DNA of 63,998 nt, counting the filler, from Jimgerdemannia flammicorona (taxonomy: Eukaryota): assembly GCA_003990765.1 (NCBI GenBank). It is 3 parts of 3 records of this genome, joined end to end, with 100 filler letters (N's around TTAATTAATTAA, not from the genome) between each part and the next. Parts side by side here need not be neighbours in the genome. Positions count along the whole stretch, not along the records: positions 21,458 to 42,814 come from RBNJ01001469.1; positions 42,915 to 63,998 come from RBNJ01001539.1; 1 more part is not named here. One strand, given 5' to 3'. The translations under genes were made by a program, and so were the position numbers. Below are positions 36,075-48,937 of this stretch, piece by piece. Each line of letters begins with the position of its first letter. The stretch's first letter is position 1. The notes below the pieces were generated by a model. It searched no databases. It was not told the origin of the DNA and was given only the letters and a program-made list of their open reading frames with translations.

Positions 36075-39000
36075 TATAGTTAGCAGTCTTCAATTTTGAC
36101 AATTTCTAAATATTTCAAATAATTTGAAATTGAAGACCTGATATAGTATAGTATTTTGACAATATTGAAATATTTTAACACTTTTAAAATAACTCATAAC
36201 TTAATTATCTACCTCATAGTTAGCAAACTTGTATAAATAACCCAGTATCTTAGAGTGAATAAACCTCAGATTGAAATAGTTCAAAGCAAAGAGAAAGTAA
36301 AGAAACTAGTAAGTCTGCAAGTAGATACACTTCAAACTCACCCACTCCTGCATCTTGAGAACTCTGTAGAGTCAAAGAAGATCAAGTTTTTAAGATACAG
36401 AAATCCAACATACTTCTAAGGTTAAGCATCTACTATGTTACAACTTGATGCCTATTAGCTAGTAATTCAAGATGAATCTCTCACTTTCAAGCTAAACAAT
36501 GAACAACTGTTATCACTTAAACAACTATACAAATTGAACCAAGATATTTAGACAAGATAGATATGAGACCACCAGTATTCTATAATTATACTTCAGATGA
36601 GTCAATTATTATTTTCATTGATGATTTTGAGTAATATACTACTGTAAGGGGTCTGATAGCAAGGCAGCAAGTAACTCTCATGTTCTTTAGTTTCTGAGAA
36701 TCAGCAAGAGCAGCATTTATAGCTGCAACCCATATAGAAAATGATGATGATGCTATGCTAGCAGTACAGAAGACCTGGCTTGAAGATACATACTATATAG
36801 ATAAGATCAAGTAGATACTGAAGGATCAGCTCAACATAATATATCAAGAAATAAGTGAGAATCTAAATATATTCAACATCAGAATCCAATATCAGATAAT
36901 TCTTACAGATTATACTACTGCTATCAGAGATCAAGTAGTTGAAGTAACCTTCATAAAAGGAATCCACCCAGAGATAGCCCTGGCCATCTACTTATCATCA
37001 ATAGTTCTGGATCTGATACAGAAGGTCACCTATACTTAGCAATACTAGATAGCCAGACACTTACAAGACCATACAATAGAAAGAGTCACTAGAGTCAGAA
37101 TCAAAGCACTCAAGATAATTAGTACAATCTCTACCATAGTGATCAATTGAAACATACCTTAATCAAAAGCTACTAAACAATAGAGAAATAGTGACCCCAT
37201 AGAGAAGCTTGCTAAGAAGTTTACTGAAATAACAGCTCACCTAGGAGATGTGATAAAGGAAATTAAAGGAAGAGACTGCCACCCAGTTCAGAAATTTGCC
37301 ACCATCTCAGATAAGAAGAGAGGTATCTACTATACTTATGGAGAAGAGGACTACTACTCATATGAATGTATGAGTGAAACTAAGTACAAGACACAGCCAA
37401 GCAATACTACTTAAAATAAGGAACAGACCAACATTGTCACCTTTGAGAAGATTGGAGAATCAGATGAAGAGGAATGAGAAGTCTACTCTGCTGAGACTAT
37501 TAGAAAAGATGTCTGTAAACAACCCTACAAGAGACCATCAGAGAGATCCAAGAAGAACCCTGTAAAAAAGCAGATGGAGACTGCTACAGAAAGTCAAGAT
37601 AAAGAAATAGATCAAGATATAAAGCTAGAATAGGCTGTTCAAGATATCATCTGAGGAATTACTCTAGCTAGTGAAGGAGAAAAGAAAAAGAAGCTTTGCA
37701 AAACCAAGACCTTCAAGTATGATATCTTCAAGGATCTCAGTCAACAAAAGATCAATACAACCTTTGGTCAGCTAGTAAAAATCTCTACATTCAGACAGCA
37801 TATGAGGTTTGGACTTACCAAAATAACCAAGGAGCAAGGATGGAAGATAACTGAGGCCAACAATGTTCATAAGGACTTAGGAGAAGAAAGTGAAGACAAC
37901 TATAAGACCTCTGCCTATACAATTTATCAAATTGAGAACAGAGTCTTTGAGGCTATCATTGATATAGGAGCAGGAGGATGTCTCCTCAGTAAAAAAGCAG
38001 CAGACTACCTAGGTTGAGAAGTTGAAGAAGTAACCAAATTAGTATTCATCACAGCAGATAGTATAAGAGCTACACCTCTAGGAAAGATCTGAGATGTTCC
38101 TATCAAGTTTGGAGGAGCAATCATTCTAGTAGATATAATTATGACCAATATAACCAACTATGACATTCTTGTCAGCAATCAATAGCTTTACAAAGCCAAG
38201 ACAGTAATTGTTCTAAATACTCAGAAGATGCATATCATCTACAAGATATGAATTCCCATCAATGTCAACAAAGAAGTTCTGCCTGAGATAGAGGAAGAAG
38301 AGAGTGAACAAGAGGAAGCCTACATGGTGACAACTCAGAAAAAGAAGAAGAAAATCAGATGGATGAGTGAAGAAGACTAGTGCAAGAAGATTATGAAAGG
38401 ATATACACTACAAGGAGTCTGCCCCCATGGGATCTAAATGTACTATATAGAGTATATCAATAAGTGTTATCAGTATACTGGCAAAATCAAGGAGATCTAC
38501 CACCAAATAAAAGAGAAGGCTCTCAAGAAACAAGCAAGAGAAGAAAAGAAAATAAAAGAAGAAAAGAATGATGAACCACCAGCTCTCCTCAAAGACAGTG
38601 ATGACAAAGAGAAAATCAAGATCAAGATTTGGAAGATTCATCCTGATGTAGTCCTACCAGAATATAAGTTAGAAAATACAGCTGGAATAGATATCACCAC
38701 AGTAGAGAAAACTGTACTTGAATCTCAGACAACTACTCTACTTACAACTAGCCTAGAGATGACAATCCCAAAGAATCATATTGGGATTCTCAAGACAAGA
38801 AGCAGTCTAGCCAAGAGTGAAATTACAATTGAAGGAGAATTTATTGATTCAGATTATAATAGAGAAATCCTACTCATTACTAGGAACCACAATCCTACAA
38901 TACCATTTCTAGTCAAGAAGAAGGACTGGTTGACACAGATGCTGATCTTTCTAATCCTATAACCAAAGATTATAGAAGTCAAGAAGCTGGAGGAAACAGA

Positions 39001-41930
39001 GAGAGGAAAGAAAGGATTTAAATCTATAGAAAGAGGAGTATTCACTAGTATCAAGATTACCAAGCTGGAGTATAAAAAGGAGGAAACTATAAACAAGTAT
39101 AGCTATACTATTGGAAATAAATTCTCACTCAAGATGGAGCTCAAGAAAATACTCCATGAATTTGAGGATGTCCTTGCTACAGACTTTAAGGATATCAAAG
39201 AAAGACTCTACACTACTATTATGATATAGATACTAAAGATACCAAATCAATTTACCAGAAGACAAGACCTGTTCCACTAGCCTATCAAGAGTAGCTTAGA
39301 GAAGAAATCAAGCAGATAGAAGAAGCTGATATCATCAAGAAGGCCAGCAGTCCCTGGTCTTCACCAGTTATACTAGCCCTAAAGAAAGGAAGCAAGCCTG
39401 GAGAATTTGCCCCAAGACTCTATATTGATTACAGAAAGCTCAATATAGTCATCAAGAAGGATTGCCAACTACTGCCCCTCTTGGAGAAAATCTGTGGGCA
39501 AAGTGGAGGGAGAGTGGGGGTCGTTGGTGAAAGGGTGATTTTCATTCATGAGGAAGTAGGGAGGGGCCCCCCAGTGGGGATTGGATAGTGGGTCGGATTG
39601 ATGTATAATTATTCATAGACTGGTAATAAAGGTGGAGTCTAAGTGACTATAAAAAAAAAAAAAAAAAAAAAAAAAAACTACTGCCCCTCATCAGTGATAT
39701 CCTTATAACTCTGGAAGATGAAGTATAGTACTACAGTACCTTAGATCTATACTCAGGATTCCACCAAATTAGACTCACAGAAACAGTAAGTAAGAAATCA
39801 GCCTTTATCACCCCAGATAGAACCTATGTCTATCTGCAAATACCATTTAGAATATGTAATGTACCAGCAAGTCTCCAGCAAATGATGAATAAAATCTTCT
39901 GCTATAACATGGGAAAATAGATGATGATTTATGTGGATGATGTGATTATCTACAACTAGATATCAGAGGAACATATACAGCACATCCAGCAGATAATAGA
40001 AAAGCTAAGAAAGCATGGCTTGTATATTAAGTCCAAGAAATGCAAATTCACAGAAATTGAGATCTCTTATCTTGGCCATATCATTAACTAAGATAGAACA
40101 CACACTGACCCTCTCAAGATATAAGCAGTAGCAGCATACCCAAGGTCTACTACTATTACTAAAGTCCAAGCCTTCATGAGACTTATTTCATATTACTGAA
40201 GATTTATCAGAGGATTCTCCAATATTGTAGGCCTAATCTATAAACTCAATAAGAAGAATACCAAGTTTCAATAGACTGGTAGACAACAAAAAGCATTTGA
40301 TGAACTCAAGGTCAGATTAGCCCAAGTACCCATTCTCAGAAGATCAGACTGGACTCAAGAGTTCATCCTATAGACAAATATAAGTATCTAAGAACTAGGA
40401 GCAGTTCTAGCTCAAAAGAAAGACAAAGTAGAGTATATAATTACATACCTCAGCCAAGGAACTCAAGGAGCTAAAAAAGAATATGAATCCTATAAGTTGA
40501 AATGTCTCACAATTATCTGGGCTATAGAAAAGTTTTACTACTATCTTGCCAGAAGACACTTCACTATCCAGACAGACTACTCAGCCTTCACCTGGCTACT
40601 GACCACTAGATAACCCAAAGAAATCTATACCAGATAGATCATAAAGCTACAAGCCTATGATGTAACCATTGTATACCACTTTGGAAAAACTAATGCCAAT
40701 GCAGATACCCTCTCATAGACACTTCAAAGAACTCCCAACTAGTAAATAAATCATGAATAAGAAGCTCTACCATGGAATTATTATCTATCTGAGATAGTAA
40801 AAGATGCTCCAATATCTGAAAGAATAGATATAAATGACTATCAATAGAATATAGAAACAATTTGAAACTGATAGAGAAATATTGAAGAAAGGAAAGTTAC
40901 TAGTTATACCAGAATATAAGAAGGAGTAAGCAATGAAATCAGTATATAAACTTGGCCATCTAGGAGGAACAACCATATATAATAAAGCAAGAAGAACAAT
41001 ATAGTGATCAGGAATGGAGGAAGATATCAGATAATTTATCAAGACTTATGACAAATACCAGAAATAGAAATAAGATCAATAAAATCAAGCCTCAGGATCA
41101 GCATACATAGAACTAGTATTATTTGCCCACATTGCAATAGATGTAATTGGCCCTCTACTCTTGACTTTGACTGGCAACCAATATATTATTATTATTATAG
41201 ACCTTTTCATAAAATAAATAGAGGCAGGACTCCTTAAGGAAGCCAATGCACAGTCAATTGCTGATTTCTTTTACAAAGAAATCATCTGTCAGTTCAAGAC
41301 TCCAACACAAGTAACCATAGACAGAGAAACAGAATTCATGAATCAGTTCTTTGAGGTTCTCTATAAGAAGTACAAGTTCCAGCACATTTAGACCACAGTA
41401 TACCACTCTTAAGGAAATGGACAGACAGAGAGAACTAACAAGACCCTTAAGAATATTATTGCCAAGATTTGTAATAACTATGAAAACTGGGATCATTATC
41501 TGCTCTACAGAATATTCAATCACAAAGTACCTATTTCACCTCTCAGAAAATACTGTTTGAAGAAGAAAGTTCTTAAGAAACTCTATCATTCAATAGAGAT
41601 ACTATATGGAAATGTGTGGATAGAGAAATACAGAGACTACACCAAATCAGAAAGAAGGCTGAGGATTACATAACCAAGGTGCAGGCACTATAGCAGAATA
41701 GTGCAGAAAAGATTCACAAGCCCCTAAAGATTATCAAGATAGGAGATAAGATCCTGGTATATCAGAATATAGTAGAAGATTCATAGTCATGAAAACTAGA
41801 GCCTAAGTAGGAAAGATCTTATCTTGTATAAGATATAAAAGGGACCACCTTTTGGCTACAAAAACTCTCAGGCACAATCATCCCCACTACTATCCACTAA
41901 AACTGACTCAAAAAGTATCATAGCTAATAA
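36075..41930 (+). mobile_element. Ty3/Gypsy element (family 2): LTR-gag-PR-dUTPase-RT-RH-INT, decayed
   Basis: LTR at 36075-36442; zinc-knuckle remnant 37328-37369; protease AIIDIGAGG; dUTPase about 38615-39030; YVDD at 39930-39941; RNase H and integrase remnants; no chromodomain seen. Confidence 0.88.
39481..39675 (+). mobile_element. 5'-truncated LINE 3' end inserted into the Gypsy RT
   Basis: Ends GACTAT plus poly(A); target duplication AACTACTGCCCCTC at 39467-39480 and 39676-39689; homologous to 62935-63134. Confidence 0.9.
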
Positions 41931-42399
41931 CTGAAGTATGGTAACAGTACTCAAGATCACTAGTGCTACTCAAAAGCCATTGAGAGATAATGGAATACTA
42001 CAGAACCCCTGACTATAAAAGATCTTATGATAGTATCCAAAGTATCATACAGATCCATCTCTCTTGAATTTTGCACTTTAAGGCTTACTACTATTGGATA
42101 GAGTTCCAAGTGTAAGAGGGTTACTTTTTTAGGGCAATCTTTATGTAGTTCTGGAAGAGTTTTCTGGAAGTTCAGAATATTCTGAAAGACCATTTTCTTA
42201 TGGTCAAGATCAATTTCATATGGAGTATGTCCTCTACACTTATTGATTTCAAGATCTGGTTGATATCTCAACCAAAGTCCTTTTTCAGACTAGTTCTGGA
42301 TATTCAGGATTTTCTGTATTTCAGAAAGTTTCAAGATACTAAGACTAGTTTAGTTGAATTGGCATATTGCTGAAGACAATACCCAATTAGGAAATTTCG

Positions 42400-42814
42400 T
42401 GATGGGGTTAGGAGTGGGACCTAATGGGGAGCTTGGGGGAATTTTGGGCTAAAATAGGGGATAGACTGGGTGTGGGGCATAGACTGGTGGGGGAGGGGGG
42501 GCGCTGGGAGGTCCTGAGATCTCAGCTTGTAGATGGGGTGGGTGATAGTTGGCTCACTGTCAGATGGGTATTGGCAGTATGGATGGGTCTGGCAGGACAT
42601 TGGCTCTTTGTATTTGAGGAGGGGCAGTGGTTGGGGCTGCAGGAGAAGATATTAAGGTGGGAGGGGCTGCTGGGAGATCTGCTGACTAGATGGTAGGTGG
42701 GTTGGGGTCCTCAGGGGGGTCGACGTTATGGTTTGATGGCAAGGATCTGTGAGCAGAGTGGTGGGAGGGTGGCAATGGTGTTAGACAAAGTGGTCTTTCA
42801 TTGGGAAGGAGTAG
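42400..42814 (+). mobile_element. LINE 3' fragment, cut by the contig end
   Basis: G-rich; 42744-42814 is homologous to 62938-63009. Confidence 0.7.
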
Positions 42815-42914
42815 NNNNNNNNNNNNNNNNNNNNNNNNNNNNNNNNNNNNNNNNNNNNTTAATTAATTAANNNNNNNNNNNNNNNNNNNNNNNNNNNNNN
42901 NNNNNNNNNNNNNN
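42815..42914. other. Artificial contig linker
   Basis: N44-TTAATTAATTAA-N44. Confidence 0.97.
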
Positions 42915-42927
42915 AAAAAAAAAAACA

Positions 42928-42978
<51 letters not shown>

Positions 42979-42981
<3 letters not shown>

Positions 42982-44626
42982 GTAAACTACCCAACAGAAG
43001 CCTGTCTTATCTCTATATTACAGAGCTCTATTGTGCCTCTCTCTTATTACTATACTAACATAGACCAATACAATAAATACTCTTTATCATCTCTTATCAG
43101 AATCTCCTATACTATAAGCACTAACTGCTATCTAGTCTAACTATTAATAATAAATTATCTGAAGAATTTCTAAAGGAGAACCTCACCTTCTAGACTTTTT
43201 GTATCAAAGATACCCACTCTTTACTCTATAACTTAATGGTTCTTTTTAACCACCAAGCTCTAAGATAATATATCTTTTTTAACTTATATATACTAAGTAG
43301 TCACTCTATCCTCTAATCTCACATAACTCTCTCTTATCTCTCTATACCAGAATTCTCATCTTATCTCTCTAGACTGTCTCACTACTCCACTCTTTTATCT
43401 ATATCTGTCTATCTGATTCCTCCTTACAGTATATATCCTATAGTAGAAAAAGATCTATCTTCAAATTCTTCAACTAAGCAAAAATATTTCAAATCCTCTC
43501 AGAGCTCTGCAAACTATTCATATTTAGTAAGAAAATATTAGTTATACTGTTTATAAAAAAAGTAATATTATATTACTATCTCATCTTCTTTATAGTTCTA
43601 TACTCACTTCCTTCTAGACCAAATCCAAACTATACTTATAATTACCTTCTTCTCCTCAGCCTTTTTAGTATCTAATCCAGCCAGTATCTCAGCAATCTTC
43701 TCATCATTCTTGATCTCTATCTTCTCCTTATACTCTGCATATATCTTCTGCCAAAGCTATAGCTCATGTCTCTACTTCTACCAGAAGCAGCATACTCCCC
43801 TACAACTACTGCTAATTTAACCTCTCTTATTACATTTATCTTATAATCTTCTTCTTCTAAAAATATAACAAAAATCTCAGCCTTTAGCTTCCCTACCACC
43901 CTATTACTCCTCAATATCCTCACTCAGTACTTCTTACTGATAATATATAAGTTCATCTCTCCTAACTTCTTTGTAGTCAGCTTATTCATCATCATACTTA
44001 TCTAGTATATATTACTAATATATTTCCCACTAGAAGTTATAGGCCTCCTCTCTCTCATTAAGATAGTATCTATACTAATACTAGTAGACTAATCTCATTC
44101 CTTCTTTAAAATATCCTATAGCTCATTCTCTTCTACTCTAACTACCTATTCTCTCATAACTATATCTAGTATTCTAAACTAGACCCTATATATACCCCTC
44201 ATCTCTATATCCTCTACAACTCTCTTTTCTCAAGCATCAGCCCTTATCTCATAATTCTCCTTCTCCTTCAAGACCTTGAGCATATCATTATCATAGAGTT
44301 ACTGGCTCCTTATCTCTCTGTTCTCTGTCATATCCTCCTTCTTCTTCTCTACTCTATCTTTAGTCAAATTACTTACCTTTACTACTCTTAAACCCTCTTC
44401 TATCTCAGATACTGTTCTTTCCTTCAGATCTATCAGCAGATCTCTCTATCTCTTTCTTCTCTGAGTCTTCTTCTATATCATCTTACATATCTATATAAAT
44501 CTACTTACTATTTACTATATCTAAGTATATTGATACTATGTAGGCCTGCCATACTATAGTCCAATACTCCACTACTCTACTGAGATCCTCCAGGGTCTCC
44601 AGCAGATCCTTCTTCTCTTCCTCACT

Positions 44627-44673
<47 letters not shown>

Positions 44674-46700
44674 GACTCAAAGCTCTATAGATTTTTATTA
44701 GAAGAAAACCTAGACTATATAGGTCAAAACTCTCCTCCACTACCCCTTGAGCACTATATTCCTATTAATCTAGACTAATTATTATCTAGCAGCTCAACTA
44801 TATCAGATATAGCAGAGCTTATAAATATTCACACCTTATTCTATATACTATACTCTTCCTACTACTAGGAAGTAAACAACCATATATCTATGACCAAAGA
44901 TGCATATCTGAAACTCCAATATATGTATAAGACTATACTCAAGCTGATTCACATAGCCTCCTGCTACCTCAAGTAGAGTGATAGATAAAGAAAAACTCCT
45001 ATCAAAGTACAGAATAGTGGGTAGGACCTGATTATCTCAGATAAGATGAGTAGAGGACTTATATGTGAGGTGAGAGAAGATTTCCAATACCTTACTACTT
45101 AAGCCTACAGGTTTTGATTATATTGTTATATCAGCTCCTAGTTCTAGTTAAGTATAGTCAAGATGTCTGATCTAAATAGCCTTGGGCCCCCCAACTATCT
45201 CCAATAACTGGGGCTCAATCTTATATATTATCAAAAGTAGCCAAGAGTAATATCTACTATCTAATCACTCTATATTAATCAGAAGGCCTTACTGATATAG
45301 CACCCATCTTAGCCCTGATAACTGCTCCTAGCCTAGCACCTTACTAGTTTACCATAATTCCTCTTTCTCTTATCTGTGATGATCATCTCTTCTTCTATCC
45401 TGACCCCACCTAAAAAACAGTCACCTTATTAGCACTATACTCATCAGAAAGCTCACCAAAGCTCAGAGGGCTCCACTACAGATACTGAGGATCTATAGGT
45501 AACTTACACTAGTACTTAATACTCAAGATCAGCCAATACTCTATACAGTCTGTGATATATTTAGATGATACCTTATTGATGATGATAAAAGAAAAAAAAT
45601 GCTATATCAAAACAAGTATATCCCAGATATAGAAGATATCAGAAACTATAAAAAAAGTAGAAAAAATACTAATCTGATACTAATAAAAAGATAACTCATC
45701 ACTATTGCCTCTCTCCCACTATGCTCTTATAGATATAGCAAATCAACCTAAGGTAGAGAGGAAGAATACATAAGAGAAAAGAGACTTAAAAGGTTATCTA
45801 CCAATCTTGTAACTGATATAGTAGTAGAGAAAGGAATCTGTCACTCTCTTTTATTCTTATTATCTTATAGATAAAGATATCTTATATGTATATATCAGAA
45901 CTGAAAATCAGTCTCTAGTCTTTTTAGTAGCCTTCTTTTCTACTAATTAGAGCTATATATATGTATATCCACATTCTCTATTCTAAATAAGATCTTCTCT
46001 TATACTCAAAAACTAACATCTACTATCTCTCTATACTCTCTCATAATCTCTTTTACCCTTCTCCTCATCTTAATAGTCATTACTGTAGATACTTCTTTTA
46101 TCAAAAGCTATATATACTATTCTTGAATTCTATCTTAGATACTGAGCTATCAGTACTACTATTTTACTAACTAATAACTTAGTTCTCATAGCCTCTATCA
46201 ATGGTCTCTCCTCTTCAAATCTCATCTCAACTCTCTCTAACTTCTATCAAAACTTTACCAAGATAGCTCTAATCAGCTAGGTTATAATTATCTCTAAGAC
46301 TATCTTAGTTATTACTATTAGTCTCTAGAAGTATAAAGTAACTACAAATTCTGAAATTAACTTCTTCTACCACTAGGTCCATTATATTATTTACTAGATC
46401 TTCTTTTCCTATATATCTTATCTGCTCAGCCTTGCTATCAATAGTTATATTTAGATTTTTTTTCCAGAACTATCCTAATCTTACCACCAACAGTCATACT
46501 CTGATTCTCAGCAATAGCCCTCTCAGTTTCTATATCTACTTTACCAGATATCAACTCTCTAGCTTTTCTAGTACTTATCTTTTCCTTCTTCCCTAACTTG
46601 TTACCATAAGTACTCTCAGACCAACTTCTTACTTTTACCTTAGTAGTAAAGCTCATCAGTTCTGCTTTCTACCATCTATACTTGGTAGCTAACTTCTACT
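42979..46700 (-). mobile_element. Old degraded copy of the L1/Tx1-like LINE (ORF1 and endonuclease part) with nested inserts
   Basis: KLKAEIFVIFLEEEDYKINVIREVKLAVV matches ALKVEILKIFLEEEGYEVDKVREAELAVV at about 58690; DLLETLEDLS matches DLLEVLEEMS. Confidence 0.8.
44630..45660 (-). mobile_element. About 1-kb poly(A)-tailed retroposed element, copy 2
   Basis: Reverse complement of 25261-26312; T run at 44630-44669. Confidence 0.7.
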
Positions 46701-46948
46701 TAGTACTTTCAATAAATCAAATTAAAGGCTAATTTAATTAGAAATTTAATTTGAACTCTATTTTTCAAAATATAATAACTTAATGAATATATATTCAAAT
46801 TTAATAGTTTTTAGTTTGTTAGATTTCTATATAAGATAAATAAGATTGTTAAATTTGGATATATTTTTATCAAATTATTATATTTCTAAAAATAGTATTT
46901 GAATTAGACCCTTGATTTGATTCAAATTTAATTCATTTGAGAGCACTA
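46701..46948. mobile_element. hAT MITE, older copy
   Basis: Ends TAGTACTT...GAGCACTA; flanks CTTCTACT and CTTCCATC differ only by transitions; homologous to 62397-62797. Confidence 0.75.
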
Positions 46949-47624
46949 CTTCCATCAGACTCTCTCTGCCTACTTGTATTATTGAAAAAATTCATCTCTA
47001 TACTATAGTTCTTTTCAATATATTACTAGCCAAATACTCCAGATCTATTTAACCCAATATACCTATCAGAACTCTTATATATTGATATATTACTAATATC
47101 TTCTCTTTAAAAACTATATAAAAAGTATTAAAAGATATTTATATAATATATATATATTATACTAAAGAAAGATATATAAAATTCTTAAGTTATCTACTCT
47201 TATAATTATAAAGATTATATTAAGTATAAGATTAAAAAAATTCTTAATAAGAGAATTTACTATTACTAATCAGAGTATTTCATTACTATCTTAAATATAA
47301 TTTATCTAAGAACTACTAATTAATTTTAAAATATGTAATATTTAAGACTTTAAGTAAAAATATATCTCTCTGATATCAATTTACTAACTTAATATATTTT
47401 TATATATAAATATATTTACTATTAGCAAATCTACTCAAAATAACAAAAATTACTCTTTATATAGTTTGAACTTTTAACTACTAAGTCTTTAGTCTTTATT
47501 TTATATAAAATAATTAACTCTTTATAGCAATATTTAATTTTTTTAATTTGATTCAGCATAAATATAATTATTATTATATAATCTGAAATCTTAATAAAAA
47601 TGTTAATTTTTAAAAAGAGAGTAA

Positions 47625-48058
47625 TATAATAATTTTTTTTTTTTAGTTATAAGCTTATTTTTATATCTTTTTTCTAGTCTTTTCTTATTATTTCTTAAAT
47701 ATTTCACAATGTTTCAGTACTTTTCAAATCTAGAATATTCTTATCTTTTCTCAACACTAAGTATCTTATCTTAGCTAGTTATAGAACTCTTTAAAACATT
47801 GTAGAACTCTATTAGTCATCTTCTGCTGAGACCTTCTCTCAGTGCTCTCTTGATATTTCTTTTTATTTCTAAGATCCTTTCAGATTCTTCTTTCAGATCT
47901 TATATAAATACTTCTTCTATCTACTTGAATAAAGCTCAGAATATTTTCTCCCAGAAATCCTTCAAGAATACTTGAACCTTTAGTATCTCTTTAAGCTACT
48001 TAGGACCAGAATCTTTCAGATTTAGTTGCTTTTTCTTAAAAAAACTGGAACTGTTATA
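47625..48058 (+). mobile_element. Gypsy family-1-related 3' LTR preceded by a purine tract
   Basis: Homologous to 54343-54806; AAAAAGAGAG lies just upstream. Confidence 0.75.
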
Positions 48059-48937
48059 TTTGTAAAAAGAGACAAATGATAGATTTTCATTGATATATAT
48101 ATTGCAGCATATATATTTACTATAAGAGTGGAAAAGAGAACTTGACAAAATAGTGTCAAATACACCCATTCAACTACTGATGTATTGTTGGACCAACTCC
48201 CTCCCTCCTCAGGCCGGTCGAATGTGCCCGCCAAACAAGTATTATCACATTATAGCTGACACGTGATCTCACTTCAGTTTTATTGGTGCAGCAATTCTTG
48301 CTCAAGGATTTCGGCTCCCCAGTTTTTTTTTGGTACAAGGAACCATTCAACGCAGGTACCTGCCGAACGTCATCACATTTCGAACCCTGTCGGGGAAAGG
48401 TGAGCTTATATATACTTGGTACAAGTTGCCAGAACCTGTATACCTGTGTGGTCGCAACAAACAGTAAATCTTACAGATATTCATAGTGTACTAGCTGCAG
48501 TCGTTGAAATCCTCCACCTCCCACGCCGGCCGAAACACTCATGAATTTCTCCTACTCCATCACATGATTCTAAAGATTTGGCGGTTCGCCGCAACTCGTT
48601 TTTTGGATCTCAATTGATCGGTGTGGTTCCGTTACTTCTCTCGTTGCCAATCCTCATCGAGCTTCAGAATGAAGAATGTGGTCCATCCTGCATATCGCTC
48701 ATGAAACGTGTGTAAAGTCGTCTGAGCGTTGCGCCGTGCGAATGTAACGCGGCTAATTTGGGACCCCGCCTAGTTTCTATTCTCATGCCTACCAGGAAAA
48801 TGAAAGATCGAAAACAGCAAACGAGTGATGGTTTGGGGGCAGATAAAGCAAAATACATAATCTATTCTTAATAAGTGGTATATCACACCAACCGCCACAC
48901 TTTTACATAACGTACCGCCCAAACCCTACTCCCCTCA

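Noticed and set aside
48060..48850. Possible ncRNA or kinase fragment (LKDFG) downstream of ALG10
   Set aside because: No tRNA/snRNA structure or further kinase motifs could be supported by eye.
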